Sequence record: MK977694.1
DNA from: Escherichia phage vB_EcoM-Sa45lw
Reading direction: 5' to 3' (one strand)
DNA: 64,000 nucleotides
Under the pieces are notes generated by a model. The model was not told the origin of the DNA. It did not search any database and worked only from the letters and a program-made list of their open reading frames with translations. Positions 18,867 through 28,630 of the stretch are shown here, one piece after another; positions within the stretch are counted from its first letter, which is position 1, and each line of letters starts with the position of its first letter. Made by a program: the position numbers and the translations under genes.

Positions 18867-18894
18867 GATAATCTCCTCAGTAGTTTATGTTTAT

Positions 18895-18924
18895 ATAGTA
18901 TCTCAATTTCCAACAAAAGTAAAC
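18895..18924 (-). promoter_or_regulatory. T4-type early promoter
   Basis: GTTTAC, 18 bp, TACTAT. Confidence 0.55.
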
Positions 18925-18926
18925 AG

Positions 18927-19226
18927 CTATTTTAAAACTTCTGCATAATCACATGTTACAAACTGTTTCTCTAGCTTAACGATCTTACGAAAGTATCTTT
19001 TGCATTGACGAATCTGCCGTTTCGTAGGACGTACAGCAAACTTAATAAATTCCACTCGACCAAATGGAGGGCTTTCTTCTGCCGGAATATCTAACACCAA
19101 TTCCCACGTATCAGCAATAAGTGCTTTGAATTGAGTATTTTTCCTGACGTTATACGGAGTAGGTTTAAATAAAACAATATGCATATTATCCTCGGCAATC
19201 CACTTCGCACACTTTCTTGTCATCAA
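18927..19226 (-). CDS. hypothetical protein (61.4-position)
   Basis: 99-aa ORF. Confidence 0.5.
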   Translation of the reverse strand: MMTRKCAKWIAEDNMHIVLFKPTPYNVRKNTQFKALIADTWELVLDIPAEESPPFGRVEFIKFAVRPTKRQIRQCKRYFRKIVKLEKQFVTCDYAEVLK

Positions 19227-19368
19227 TGAAAGCTTTAACTAATGCTTTATTAACTTCAGCATATTGAGTAGTAGCCCATTGAACGTCATCTTTCATCATT
19301 GTGATTTCTTTAGTAAACATGCTTTCATTCTTAAACCACCCCATAAAAACTACCTTTACCAATTCCAT
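19186..19368 (-). CDS. dmd: Dmd antitoxin (discriminator of mRNA degradation)
   Basis: 60-aa ORF directly upstream of gene 41, T4 Dmd size and position. Confidence 0.75.
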   Translation of the reverse strand: MELVKVVFMGWFKNESMFTKEITMMKDDVQWATTQYAEVNKALVKAFIDDKKVCEVDCRG

Positions 19369-19397
19369 AACAATCTCCTCATTTAACCAACAAGACT

Positions 19398-19427
19398 ACT
19401 ATACCATAGTCTTGTCAGTTTGTAAAC
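19398..19427 (-). promoter_or_regulatory. T4-type early promoter
   Basis: GTTTAC, 18 bp, TATAGT. Confidence 0.6.
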
Positions 19428-20854
19428 TAAAATTTTAATTCATTTGCCAAAGCATCTAACTGAGCTCGAGTGGATTCATTTCTTTGATAGCGATTCTGTT
19501 CAGCCTGAATCTGTTGTGAACCTGCTACTTCACTCACTTCGGTTGGAGTAGAATCTTGTTCAATTTCTACCCATTTTTGATTTCCTTTTTGAACACCCAT
19601 CAAAAACTTATTCCACTTATTCTTATCACCATATCGTGATTTGATTTGCTTAATGAGTTGTTGTTCAGCAGCTGCTAGCTCCTCGGTTTCAATGACCGCA
19701 AGCATAAAATCAGCTGTCGCTGGAAGACCAGCAGATTCTGCGATATCACTCATGTTAACATCGGAAGAGTCCCAAGCTTGTTTACCGACCTGTGCTGCAG
19801 TCCAAAGAACAGTTTCGGTTTCAACAGCAAGAGCACGCAATTCCTCTGCAATAGCTTTAACAGTTGTGTAACTATTTTCTGAATAAACTCTAATGCGGCA
19901 AGATTTACAAATACCTAGATAGTCGACAATAATGATTGTTGGAACAAAATTCTTCTTGAGCTTCAATTCATTCAAGAGAGACCTGAATGTGTTAGCATCT
20001 GCCCCACCAGTGGGATACTGTTTAACGATTAAACGACCGAGAGTAGATTTCTCACGCCATTTTTCCATTTTTCCTTTATACTCAGCGTAAGAAATATGCC
20101 CATCATCAATGTCATCAAGAGAAACATCAAGCATATTAGCATCAATACGTTTAGCACAGACTTCTTCTGCCATTTCCATGGAAATGTAAAGAACATTATG
20201 TCCGAGCTGTAAATAATCTGCTGCCAATGAACACAATCCTAATGACTTACCAACGTTAACTCCAGCCATTAAAACGTTCAGTGTTCCAGTCTCAGCTCCG
20301 CCTTTAGTAATTTTGTTTAGAATTCTGAGTTTAAATGGAACTTTACGAGCTTTATTCATATAAGATAGCCAGCGTGCTTCGTAGTCATCCATCCAATCAT
20401 GACCAACGTAGCTATCAAATGAAATTGATAATGCTTGACGCATGATGTCAGGAATAGCACCAACGTCCGGCATTTTCTTATTTCGTTTTTCCGGAGGAAG
20501 CTCAGCATTAGTTTGAATTTCGATTATTTTAGACGTAGCATTAAACATCGCCCTTTGCTGAACATATTTTTCTGTTTCTTTTATTAACCAACTGTGGTCT
20601 TCCGGAGAATCAGCTAGTTTTGAAATAAGTGTTTTTACACCAGAATATTCTGTTTCAGTAAATGAACTATTTTCTAATGCAACATTTAACGCATTAATAG
20701 ATGGAACGCTATGGTACTCATTAACATGAGATTTAATTAATTTGAACGTATTTTTAGCTGGACCACTTTCAAAATATTCTGAATCCATATATGGCCAAAC
20801 TTTTGAAAAATAAGCTTGATCAAATATGAGATGAGAAAGAATAATTTCTACCAC
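19427..20854 (-). CDS. 41: replicative DNA helicase gp41 (DnaB-like)
   Basis: 475-aa ORF, T4 gp41 length; Walker A GVNVGKS. Confidence 0.93.
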   Translation of the reverse strand: MVEIILSHLIFDQAYFSKVWPYMDSEYFESGPAKNTFKLIKSHVNEYHSVPSINALNVALENSSFTETEYSGVKTLISKLADSPEDHSWLIKETEKYVQQRAMFNATSKIIEIQTNAELPPEKRNKKMPDVGAIPDIMRQALSISFDSYVGHDWMDDYEARWLSYMNKARKVPFKLRILNKITKGGAETGTLNVLMAGVNVGKSLGLCSLAADYLQLGHNVLYISMEMAEEVCAKRIDANMLDVSLDDIDDGHISYAEYKGKMEKWREKSTLGRLIVKQYPTGGADANTFRSLLNELKLKKNFVPTIIIVDYLGICKSCRIRVYSENSYTTVKAIAEELRALAVETETVLWTAAQVGKQAWDSSDVNMSDIAESAGLPATADFMLAVIETEELAAAEQQLIKQIKSRYGDKNKWNKFLMGVQKGNQKWVEIEQDSTPTEVSEVAGSQQIQAEQNRYQRNESTRAQLDALANELKF

Positions 20855-20863
20855 ACTTACTCC

Positions 20864-21208
20864 TTAAAAGAATTTAAACTTTTTCTTTGACCTTTTATTA
20901 AATGCATCTTGTAGTTGCATTGTAATACATTTTTCTACATGAGGAGCTAACTCAGCTTTTCTTTCTTGGTCAAGAACAGCAAAGTCCATTACGACTTTTC
21001 CATCAACCCAATCTAATTTTGTCACATACACAATATGTGTAGAACCATCTTCTAGTTTAATGACAATCTCCTGGATAACATTTTCCATGGCAGATTTAAT
21101 TATCTTAAGAGATTCATTAAAAAGACGTTCTTTTCTTTCTTCTTCCCCCTCCGAAGAGGGGGATTCATCGATAATTTCTAGATCTAAATCTAAATCATCT
21201 TTATTCAT
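20864..21208 (-). CDS. 40: gp40 head assembly protein
   Basis: 114 aa from ATG at 21208 with GGAAG RBS; contains an in-frame C(UUCG)G hairpin. Confidence 0.6.
   Translation of the reverse strand: MNKDDLDLDLEIIDESPSSEGEEERKERLFNESLKIIKSAMENVIQEIVIKLEDGSTHIVYVTKLDWVDGKVVMDFAVLDQERKAELAPHVEKCITMQLQDAFNKRSKKKFKFF
21145..21162 (-). other. intragenic C(UUCG)G stem-loop within gene 40
   Basis: ccccctc-cgaa-gaggggg perfect 7-bp GC stem inside coding sequence. Confidence 0.6.
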
Positions 21209-22382
21209 TAAATTCTTCCATATCACTTAACTGCTCGAGATCAGTTTCTAAATCAGCTGCTGATTTACTTTTACTTTCTGGAGATTTAAATTTTTCAACC
21301 TTTGAGTTAATCAATTCATCAACTTCAGCTTCAACAATTTCATTACTATCAATAGCACCTAACTGATAAGCACGCTTAATAGCATCTCGGAATGGTTGAT
21401 GCTTAAATAAAGGACCCCAGAATGTAGTGCAGTTGGTATCTTTTGCACGCCAAGATTTTTCTTCGCGAATCATCTCACCGGTTTCTTCATCAAGAAATTC
21501 ACGAGCATACCAACCATTCTTAGGTTTTACTACAAATCCTAATTCAAGAGCCATATCTAGCAATCCAGAATAAGGATCAATACCACCGTCAAATTTAACA
21601 TCAATAAAGAATTTACTTTTTTCTTTAACGGTACGAGATTTTTCTACATTTAGAACAAATTGATACCCCTGAAGATCAGAACCATCTTTAATCTGACGCT
21701 TACCGATAATGAATACTGTATCAGCCGAATACATTACGCCTGTACCACCTGTCATCACGGTTTTACTAAACATTTCAATTGTTTCAATTGTATGGTTAAC
21801 CGCAACACATGGAATATTTTTAATGCTAAAGTAAGGAGTAACGATACGGAATAATGACTTCAGCGATTTAGCACGAGTCATATCTGCCACAGATTTTTCA
21901 TTTAAGGCATCTTCCGTTTCTTTCTTAGAAGCCATATTACCGATTGAGTCGATGAATACAATAACCTTTTCACCGCGCTCAATAGCTTCAAGCTGGTTCA
22001 CCATATCAATTTTCAGCTGTTCAACTGACTGAATCGGCGTATGAATTACTCGTTCCGGGTCAACTCCCATGGATCGCAAATAAGCTGGAGTAATACCAAA
22101 TTCGCTATCATAGAATAGACAAACCGCGTCAGGATATTTGTTCAAATATGCCGCAACCATAGTCAAAGACATATTTGATTTAAAGTGTTTAGAAGGCCCT
22201 GCGAAAATAGTTAAACCAGACTGCATACCGCCATCAATCGCACCAGAAATAGCAATATTCAGCATTGGAATTTTTGTACGGATTACATCCTTTTCATTAA
22301 AGAATTTAGATGTAGTCAGTTCAGCAGTCATTTTAGAAGTGGAAGCTTTAATCAAACGGGATTTTAAATCTGCAATAGACAT
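21201..22382 (-). CDS. uvsX: UvsX recombinase (RecA-like)
   Basis: 393-aa ORF; RecA-fold motifs; acidic C-terminal tail. Confidence 0.93.
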   Translation of the reverse strand: MSIADLKSRLIKASTSKMTAELTTSKFFNEKDVIRTKIPMLNIAISGAIDGGMQSGLTIFAGPSKHFKSNMSLTMVAAYLNKYPDAVCLFYDSEFGITPAYLRSMGVDPERVIHTPIQSVEQLKIDMVNQLEAIERGEKVIVFIDSIGNMASKKETEDALNEKSVADMTRAKSLKSLFRIVTPYFSIKNIPCVAVNHTIETIEMFSKTVMTGGTGVMYSADTVFIIGKRQIKDGSDLQGYQFVLNVEKSRTVKEKSKFFIDVKFDGGIDPYSGLLDMALELGFVVKPKNGWYAREFLDEETGEMIREEKSWRAKDTNCTTFWGPLFKHQPFRDAIKRAYQLGAIDSNEIVEAEVDELINSKVEKFKSPESKSKSAADLETDLEQLSDMEEFNE

Positions 22383-22459
22383 TCATTTTTTCCATAGGCA
22401 TCATTATATTTTCCTCACTGGTTAAAGATAGAATAATTATAACACAATAAATTTAGGCA

Positions 22460-23308
22460 TTAATCAACTGCTATTGGATGAATAGCATTAAACTTATGAA
22501 ATGCTTCTGATTTTTCTTTACGTGAAACGCACATGCGAAGAACCTTTAATGGCTCGTCTTCTTCACCCAACGATTTTCGTTTTTCAATATTAGAAGTTTT
22601 CCAACGAGCTTGCTCTGGAAACTCTCTATTGATTTGCTCAAGCGCTCTATTATGTTTAGAATTACTACGAATTGAACTGCACCCGCCAGGAGCTTGTGCT
22701 TTTCCAGATACAACCAGATATTTGAACAAGGCCAAATGCGGATAACCTTGATTAATTAAATTGAGAAATGCATACATATCTTCGCACAAATCAATTTTTC
22801 CATACCCAATTTGTTCTGTCGTAAGTTTTCCAAGGTCATACCATGTATTCGTGAATCCATATGAATTTTCACGATAATTACCCCAAGATGAAGTAATTTT
22901 AAAAATTGGTAGGCGAGCATGACCATGATAATACCCGCAATCCATGGCATCTTCGACGTATTGAATCAATTCATAGAACTGTTCATGAGTCAATTGATTA
23001 ACTTTATCCACACAACGACGGTCATCTCTTTTTCGCATTGAACTCATACGAATAGTAGTATCATCGTCAATCATCCAGATTCGTTGACCTGCATACATAT
23101 CAGTAATTGCTTTACGAGTACCGGCAATTCCATTTACATCATCAGGAATAGTTATAATTTTAGCTTTAGACCCATAAGCGTCATGATAAGCTTTTTCTTC
23201 ATGTTCGCGCACTACAATATGCGGTTCATAATCAGTCGGAAACATATCAAGGGCAGAAACTGCCCCTACGCGTTGATAGCTTGGAATTACGAATTGAATC
23301 ATTTCCAC
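22460..23308 (-). CDS. putative GT-A-fold glycosyltransferase at the beta-gt locus
   Basis: 282-aa ORF between uvsX and 42; IDDD (DxD-like) motif; not T4 beta-gt. Confidence 0.55.
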   Translation of the reverse strand: MEMIQFVIPSYQRVGAVSALDMFPTDYEPHIVVREHEEKAYHDAYGSKAKIITIPDDVNGIAGTRKAITDMYAGQRIWMIDDDTTIRMSSMRKRDDRRCVDKVNQLTHEQFYELIQYVEDAMDCGYYHGHARLPIFKITSSWGNYRENSYGFTNTWYDLGKLTTEQIGYGKIDLCEDMYAFLNLINQGYPHLALFKYLVVSGKAQAPGGCSSIRSNSKHNRALEQINREFPEQARWKTSNIEKRKSLGEEDEPLKVLRMCVSRKEKSEAFHKFNAIHPIAVD

Positions 23309-24039
23309 TCACCGTTATAATCTTTTTTCACAATATGAGTTTCGCCAGTATTCCACCAATGATCAACCAAGTAAAAATGACGAGAATATACATGAAGACT
23401 TCCGACATTCCATATAATAGAACCTGCTTTATACTGACGAGTTGAATCGCCTGCATTCAAATCAGATACTAATTTATCTAATACGTATTTTTGCCATGCA
23501 TAATCATTACGGAATCCGAAGACCACGTCATTTGAGCGCATGCTTACTACTGCATTGACTTTCTTATCACGAATCAGGTACTGTACTGTATTAGTACACA
23601 TGAAATCTGACATACCATCTTTATTGTAATCAAATTGCATGGATGGACGAGTATAAATCATGATACCACGTCGAGAATCAGGATTTTGACCAAGTTCAGC
23701 TAAACACATATCATACTGGGCATAGTTATCTTCTGACCAAATAGCCCAACCATAATTCGAGTTAATTTCGCCTTTAGAAGATGCTACCTGCTGCCAAATC
23801 TTTGGTGTTTCACCTGGAATATCTTTAACAAACAAACTCTTAGATTTATACCATTCAAGTTCGCGCTGAATGTATTCATCATTGAGAGCGCCAAAAATAA
23901 ACGGTTCATCTGCTACAAATGATGCGCCAATAATTTCAATAGTTTTAACACCGGTTTTATCAACTACGAAATCTTTTTCTTTTAATGCAAGCCCCAAATG
24001 AAGACGGATTTCTTCAACTGTCATAGAGTCACTAATCAT
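23299..24039 (-). CDS. 42: dCMP hydroxymethylase gp42
   Basis: 246-aa ORF, T4 gp42 length; thymidylate-synthase-like. Confidence 0.92.
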   Translation of the reverse strand: MISDSMTVEEIRLHLGLALKEKDFVVDKTGVKTIEIIGASFVADEPFIFGALNDEYIQRELEWYKSKSLFVKDIPGETPKIWQQVASSKGEINSNYGWAIWSEDNYAQYDMCLAELGQNPDSRRGIMIYTRPSMQFDYNKDGMSDFMCTNTVQYLIRDKKVNAVVSMRSNDVVFGFRNDYAWQKYVLDKLVSDLNAGDSTRQYKAGSIIWNVGSLHVYSRHFYLVDHWWNTGETHIVKKDYNGEWK

Positions 24040-24046
24040 TTAAACC

Positions 24047-24196
24047 TCAATTGATACATTCATATTTAACTTGTAACAGTAATAAGCTCCAACCTAAAAT
24101 AATAGTTGGAATCATAAGAGGAACCGTTACACTATAGTATATACTTATTATAATCATCAAGATTAAAAGCAACACTGTTATAATTTTGCTTTTCAT
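24047..24196 (-). CDS. small membrane protein (imm.1-position)
   Basis: 49-aa hydrophobic ORF; ATGA overlap with imm stop. Confidence 0.5.
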   Translation of the reverse strand: MKSKIITVLLLILMIIISIYYSVTVPLMIPTIILGWSLLLLQVKYECIN

Positions 24197-24444
24197 TCCT
24201 TCTCTCTGATGATAATTACCTGATTTGGTTGTGCAGACTTTTTAGTTTCACCCGCAATTGACCAAATAAATGTAATAAACCAACCAATAATTGACCAGTT
24301 AAACAGTAAAGACGTGAAAAAGATTCCTACTGTTGATTTTGACCCACGCATCAAGGCGATGAACCATGGAAGCATGTATATAATAATAGCCAACACACCT
24401 GAAACTAAAACCATAAAAATTGAACCTGCTACTAAAGTTTCCAT
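24193..24444 (-). CDS. imm: superinfection immunity protein Imm
   Basis: 83-aa two-TM ORF, T4 Imm length, next to gene 42. Confidence 0.8.
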   Translation of the reverse strand: METLVAGSIFMVLVSGVLAIIIYMLPWFIALMRGSKSTVGIFFTSLLFNWSIIGWFITFIWSIAGETKKSAQPNQVIIIREKE

Positions 24445-24451
24445 GTTTTCC

Positions 24452-24832
24452 TCACTTAGTCAAATTTTTTACACATGAATTATAAGAATTCACTACATAC
24501 TCCATCGGAGCATTTTTACCAGTACGCCATTGGTAATTATTAGCCCAATTAGCCCAAATTTCGGCGCAGTAGTTTTCAATTTTTTCTTCGCGTGTAATTA
24601 CATCAGAATTACGATATGCTTGAGCAGATTCATCTGGACGAATAGCTTCGTCAAAATTCGCCTGCATTTGTTCGACTGTTTGCTTTGGAGCTTCTTTATA
24701 ACACTTGACATTAGGATTATAAAATTTGCTTGAACAGTTTACAATTTTTCCTACATCAGACTGATTTACTACCGGTCCTTGAGCCACACAACCAGTAAGA
24801 CCTAATGCAATAACCAAAATAGCGATTTTCAT
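24452..24832 (-). CDS. putative lipoprotein
   Basis: 126-aa ORF with signal peptide and LTGC lipobox. Confidence 0.55.
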   Translation of the reverse strand: MKIAILVIALGLTGCVAQGPVVNQSDVGKIVNCSSKFYNPNVKCYKEAPKQTVEQMQANFDEAIRPDESAQAYRNSDVITREEKIENYCAEIWANWANNYQWRTGKNAPMEYVVNSYNSCVKNLTK

Positions 24833-24842
24833 AATAATTTCC

Positions 24843-25091
24843 TCAAATGCAAGTAGTAATTACTCCAGTAGTGCTTATGCAGGTATTACCCATTTGCACA
24901 CCTAAAGATCCATTTGTATTCACATGAAGATTATCATCAATTTTAACTGATATTTTACCATTAGTGTGAATAACGGTGCTAGATTTAATCACAGGTTGAG
25001 TATCATTTTCAACACTAACAAATGGAACTGCTGCTAATGCAACTAAACAAACTGCTAAGCATCCCATAACAATTTTCATTTCATTCTCCAA
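24843..25091 (-). CDS. putative secreted protein
   Basis: 82-aa ORF with N-terminal signal sequence. Confidence 0.5.
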   Translation of the reverse strand: MENEMKIVMGCLAVCLVALAAVPFVSVENDTQPVIKSSTVIHTNGKISVKIDDNLHVNTNGSLGVQMGNTCISTTGVITTCI

Positions 25092-25116
25092 ATCTGTATC
25101 AGTAGTTGATAGTTGT

Positions 25117-25146
25117 ATAGTACCACAGAAGAACAGTCTCGTAAAC
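25117..25146 (-). promoter_or_regulatory. T4-type early promoter
   Basis: GTTTAC, 18 bp, TACTAT plus conserved leader. Confidence 0.6.
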
Positions 25147-25232
25147 AGTTTTGTGAAAATTTTTTAGGGAATTCTAAAGGTCCAGAATCATCTGTTTTTC
25201 ATAAGTATAGATTTATATTACTTGTATGAAAA

Positions 25233-25250
25233 AGGGACCCGGAGGTCCCT
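25233..25250 (-). terminator. GC-rich tetraloop stem-loop after gene 43
   Basis: agggacc-cgga-ggtccct. Confidence 0.55.
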
Positions 25251-25262
25251 AGATTTATTCTA

Positions 25263-27959
25263 TCAGCCAAACAGGAAGTCTAACGAAGCTTTTTCTTCAT
25301 AGTCCATACCAGCCGATTCACACATGCCCGCAAGCGGTTTAACAAACGATTTTTGGAACAAAGTTGAGTAGTCAATCCAAGACAGTACGTCAGAACGAAT
25401 TTCTTTTGGAAGTTCTGTACCCGACGGCCAAGCAATGCACTTATCACCAAATGGATTTCCTTCACGCAATGGAAGAACCATTACCTTATTTCCATCCAAA
25501 ATTGGAGCTACACCTAAACCGCTAACAGCTCGACGATAAGTTAGCACACCACGAATATGGAACGGGCATTTAAATCCTGGCCAACCTTTATCATCATATT
25601 TCGCTATATCGTTCGCAGTTTTTACTTCAGCAATAACTTTATAGTCAAGTTGACGATATTCTTTCTCGAAGTTCTTGTAATATTCTTGGACAGACTCTTC
25701 ACCTTCCTGAAGAATACGACGAATACTTTCTTCGAGAGCTTCTTGGACCGCTTTAGGCGTTGAACTCTGCTGAGTTTCCATACCCATGATTTTTAGATGC
25801 GGTTCAGCAAATCGCTTATCTTCCATATCATAAACGTTCAGAGCATAACGCTTTTTCGCTTTCCAAAATCCACCAACGCCCTTTGAACCAAGTGGAGGGC
25901 AAGAAATAGCTTCACGGTCCATATGCATCAGATGCTCGCGGTTATTCATATAATCACATAACTCACGATATGCAACATCAATCATAGGTTCCATCTTTTT
26001 CTTACCGAACTGATTCATGAATTCAACTAAATCGTTCTGCTCTTTGAATCGGTCAAGACCAACTTTTTCAATAACTTTATCTACACAAACATATACCGAA
26101 TCAGTATCACCTGCTGCGATGAAATCTTCGCCATTAGTTCCACATACTTTATTCAGATACTCATTAATTTTACGAGCAATCCACTGAATACCGACTTGAC
26201 CAAAAATTGTAATAGCAGTAGCATTTCGCAAATCATAGTAGCGGAAATGAATATTACCAAGAGCACCGTAAAGGCTGTTAATAAGAATTTTACGGTTCAG
26301 CTGATTTGTATTAGCAAGTGTAGCCGCTTTTTCACATTCTTCAATCAAACTATTGAGAACAGATTCAGTATAATTCGATAGTTCATTTAAGAAATCATCA
26401 CTGAACTTAACATATCGTTTAACTTCAGGTTTAGTTGAACAAGACCCTGCGCCTTTCATAATAATCTTTTTAATAGCTTCGGCATTCATTTCTTCAGCGA
26501 ACATTTTCTTTTTCCAATCTTTACGCTGGAAAAATACTTTAGCGATTTCCTTTGGAATGATACCTTCTTGATGCTTATCATACATCCATCCATTCGGAGA
26601 ACAAGAATATTCATCACTCGGTTTAGGAGCTGTTCCTGCGATATATTCATGAATTGGATGAACTTTAAACTGACCACGAATAGTCTCAGGACTAATGTTA
26701 ACCTGACGAATAATGCTAGGATACAGAGACGTCAAGTCAAAACTCATAATATATCGACGAGCAATTGGTTTAGGTTCAAACACAAATGCACCCGGAAAAC
26801 TTTGTTTAACGTGCGAACCTTGTTGAGGAATAACCTTATGTTCACCTTTCAATGAGTTAAAAATAATAGCATCCCAAGTTTTAATAGGACTCATTACACC
26901 GGAAAAAGGCATTTTAGCGTAATAAGACATACTTAAAACTAGATCGATAAACCCGCGAATTTTATCAATTGCTTGAACTGATTCTACGTCAATGATGTTA
27001 TAACTGATATATCGTTGATGATTAGTCTCACGAAGTTTATTAATAGGACCATCGTACGGTAATTTACCTTTTTTGGTTTCATGCTGAGCAACTGATTCCA
27101 AAGAGAATGACGGCAAATTAGTAAATGCGAATTTCTTATACAAATCTAAATAATCAAGAATAGATACGCCATCAATAGAATAAATTTCTTTGCTACCGTA
27201 CATATTTTGAATTAGTTTAGATTTTACTCGACCGATTGGAGAGAAACGTTTCATACTGCGTTCACCGAGAACCATTTTAACGCGATTCATGATATACGGA
27301 ACGTCAAATCCCTCAATATTCCAACCAGTAAAAATAGCAGGTCGTTTCTGTTCCCAAAGATTGATATATTCCATGAGCATATCGCGCTCATTATCGAATG
27401 GCATATAAATTACTCGGTCAAGAATTTCTTGAGGAACTTCATCACCACCTTCACAGTCAAGCTTAGCAGCTAACTTTGCATCCCATTTTGATACTGAACC
27501 GTACATTGAATTCAAAAGGTCGAAAACATAAAAACGATCATCAATTGAATCGTAATGAGTGATAGCATCAATTTCATATTCAGCTTTCATTGGGTCAGGA
27601 AATTTATCACCAGTAACCTCAATGTCACAGTTAGCTACACGAACAAATTTTCGGTCATAAACAATTTCTGAACCATATGTATCACTGATATAAGCGAGTT
27701 TAAAATCGTTCATACCGAGAGCTTCGAGACCGATGTCTTCCATTCGTTTCATCCAATCTCGAGCATCTTTCATTGATGGAAATTTTTGAGGAGCGCAGTT
27801 TTTACCATAAATGTCTTTGTACTTTGACTCTTCCTTACAATGCCTAAACATAGTTGGAAGATATTCTACTTCACGAGTACGTTCCTTTCCGTTTTCATCA
27901 ATATAACGTTCAACAATGTTATTTCCGACTGTTTCAATAGAGATATAAAATTCTTTCAT
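25263..27959 (-). CDS. 43: DNA polymerase gp43 (family B)
   Basis: 898-aa ORF, T4 gp43 length; exonuclease and YGDTDS-like motifs. Confidence 0.95.
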   Translation of the reverse strand: MKEFYISIETVGNNIVERYIDENGKERTREVEYLPTMFRHCKEESKYKDIYGKNCAPQKFPSMKDARDWMKRMEDIGLEALGMNDFKLAYISDTYGSEIVYDRKFVRVANCDIEVTGDKFPDPMKAEYEIDAITHYDSIDDRFYVFDLLNSMYGSVSKWDAKLAAKLDCEGGDEVPQEILDRVIYMPFDNERDMLMEYINLWEQKRPAIFTGWNIEGFDVPYIMNRVKMVLGERSMKRFSPIGRVKSKLIQNMYGSKEIYSIDGVSILDYLDLYKKFAFTNLPSFSLESVAQHETKKGKLPYDGPINKLRETNHQRYISYNIIDVESVQAIDKIRGFIDLVLSMSYYAKMPFSGVMSPIKTWDAIIFNSLKGEHKVIPQQGSHVKQSFPGAFVFEPKPIARRYIMSFDLTSLYPSIIRQVNISPETIRGQFKVHPIHEYIAGTAPKPSDEYSCSPNGWMYDKHQEGIIPKEIAKVFFQRKDWKKKMFAEEMNAEAIKKIIMKGAGSCSTKPEVKRYVKFSDDFLNELSNYTESVLNSLIEECEKAATLANTNQLNRKILINSLYGALGNIHFRYYDLRNATAITIFGQVGIQWIARKINEYLNKVCGTNGEDFIAAGDTDSVYVCVDKVIEKVGLDRFKEQNDLVEFMNQFGKKKMEPMIDVAYRELCDYMNNREHLMHMDREAISCPPLGSKGVGGFWKAKKRYALNVYDMEDKRFAEPHLKIMGMETQQSSTPKAVQEALEESIRRILQEGEESVQEYYKNFEKEYRQLDYKVIAEVKTANDIAKYDDKGWPGFKCPFHIRGVLTYRRAVSGLGVAPILDGNKVMVLPLREGNPFGDKCIAWPSGTELPKEIRSDVLSWIDYSTLFQKSFVKPLAGMCESAGMDYEEKASLDFLFG

Positions 27960-28017
27960 AGATATTCCTTAGTTTATAGCCCGAGTTATTAGGCTCTTGA
28001 TATATTATACTCCAAAT

Positions 28018-28035
28018 AAGGGGCCGAAGCCCCTT
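28018..28035 (-). terminator. C(UUCG)G stem-loop
   Basis: aaggggc-cgaa-gcccctt upstream of gene 43. Confidence 0.6.
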
Positions 28036-28037
28036 GC

Positions 28038-28301
28038 TTAAATTAGTACTATTTGCCGGGTGAAAATTGTCAATCCATCTGCATTAATTGACTTAACGAC
28101 TGCAGTAAAATGTTTTTGTTCTGGGTGAACTAATTTTTGAAATTCTACCTGAAATTTTAATTGGAGGTTTTCTGGTAAATCAAAAAGTGTTTCTGTTGCA
28201 GAAAGATTATATTTTTCTTTAAGAGACGCCATGTATTCTTGCGGAGTTATAGCAGTCATATTAATTACCAATCGTATATTTAGGAACGAGTTTCCATTCA
28301 T
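28038..28301 (-). CDS. hypothetical protein
   Basis: 87-aa ORF between regA and 43. Confidence 0.5.
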   Translation of the reverse strand: MNGNSFLNIRLVINMTAITPQEYMASLKEKYNLSATETLFDLPENLQLKFQVEFQKLVHPEQKHFTAVVKSINADGLTIFTRQIVLI

Positions 28302-28629
28302 GTTTTTGTTTAAAAGAAATAACTCGGAAGTTATTAGTTAAATCTTTCATAAAAGTTCTTTGACCAGGAACGATTTCAATCAGTCCCCAATCTTCTAACA
28401 GCCATGCAATCGAATCACGACGAACTTCATCTTCTTCTGTCATTTCAACTTGACGGCCATCCATACGAAGCATTTCTTTAAAATGAACGATATAGTATAG
28501 TCCTTTTTTCTGAAGAATATGACAGGACTGATACAGAACTTTATCTTTATTATTAGCAATTCCCATACGAGTCAAAGTTTCTTTTACTTTCAGAAAATCT
28601 TCAGGTTTTTTAAGAGTAATTTCAATCAT
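28261..28629 (-). CDS. regA: translational repressor RegA
   Basis: 122-aa ORF, T4 RegA length, in 45-44-62-regA order. Confidence 0.88.
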   Translation of the reverse strand: MIEITLKKPEDFLKVKETLTRMGIANNKDKVLYQSCHILQKKGLYYIVHFKEMLRMDGRQVEMTEEDEVRRDSIAWLLEDWGLIEIVPGQRTFMKDLTNNFRVISFKQKHEWKLVPKYTIGN

Positions 28630-28630
28630 T

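Noticed and set aside
21209-21226. Upstream GTG/TTG starts extending gene 40, gene 55, the 51034 ATPase, 14049 and 43432 ORFs
   Set aside because: The extensions overlap upstream genes or hairpins and lack RBSs; internal ATGs with RBSs give the T4 protein lengths.
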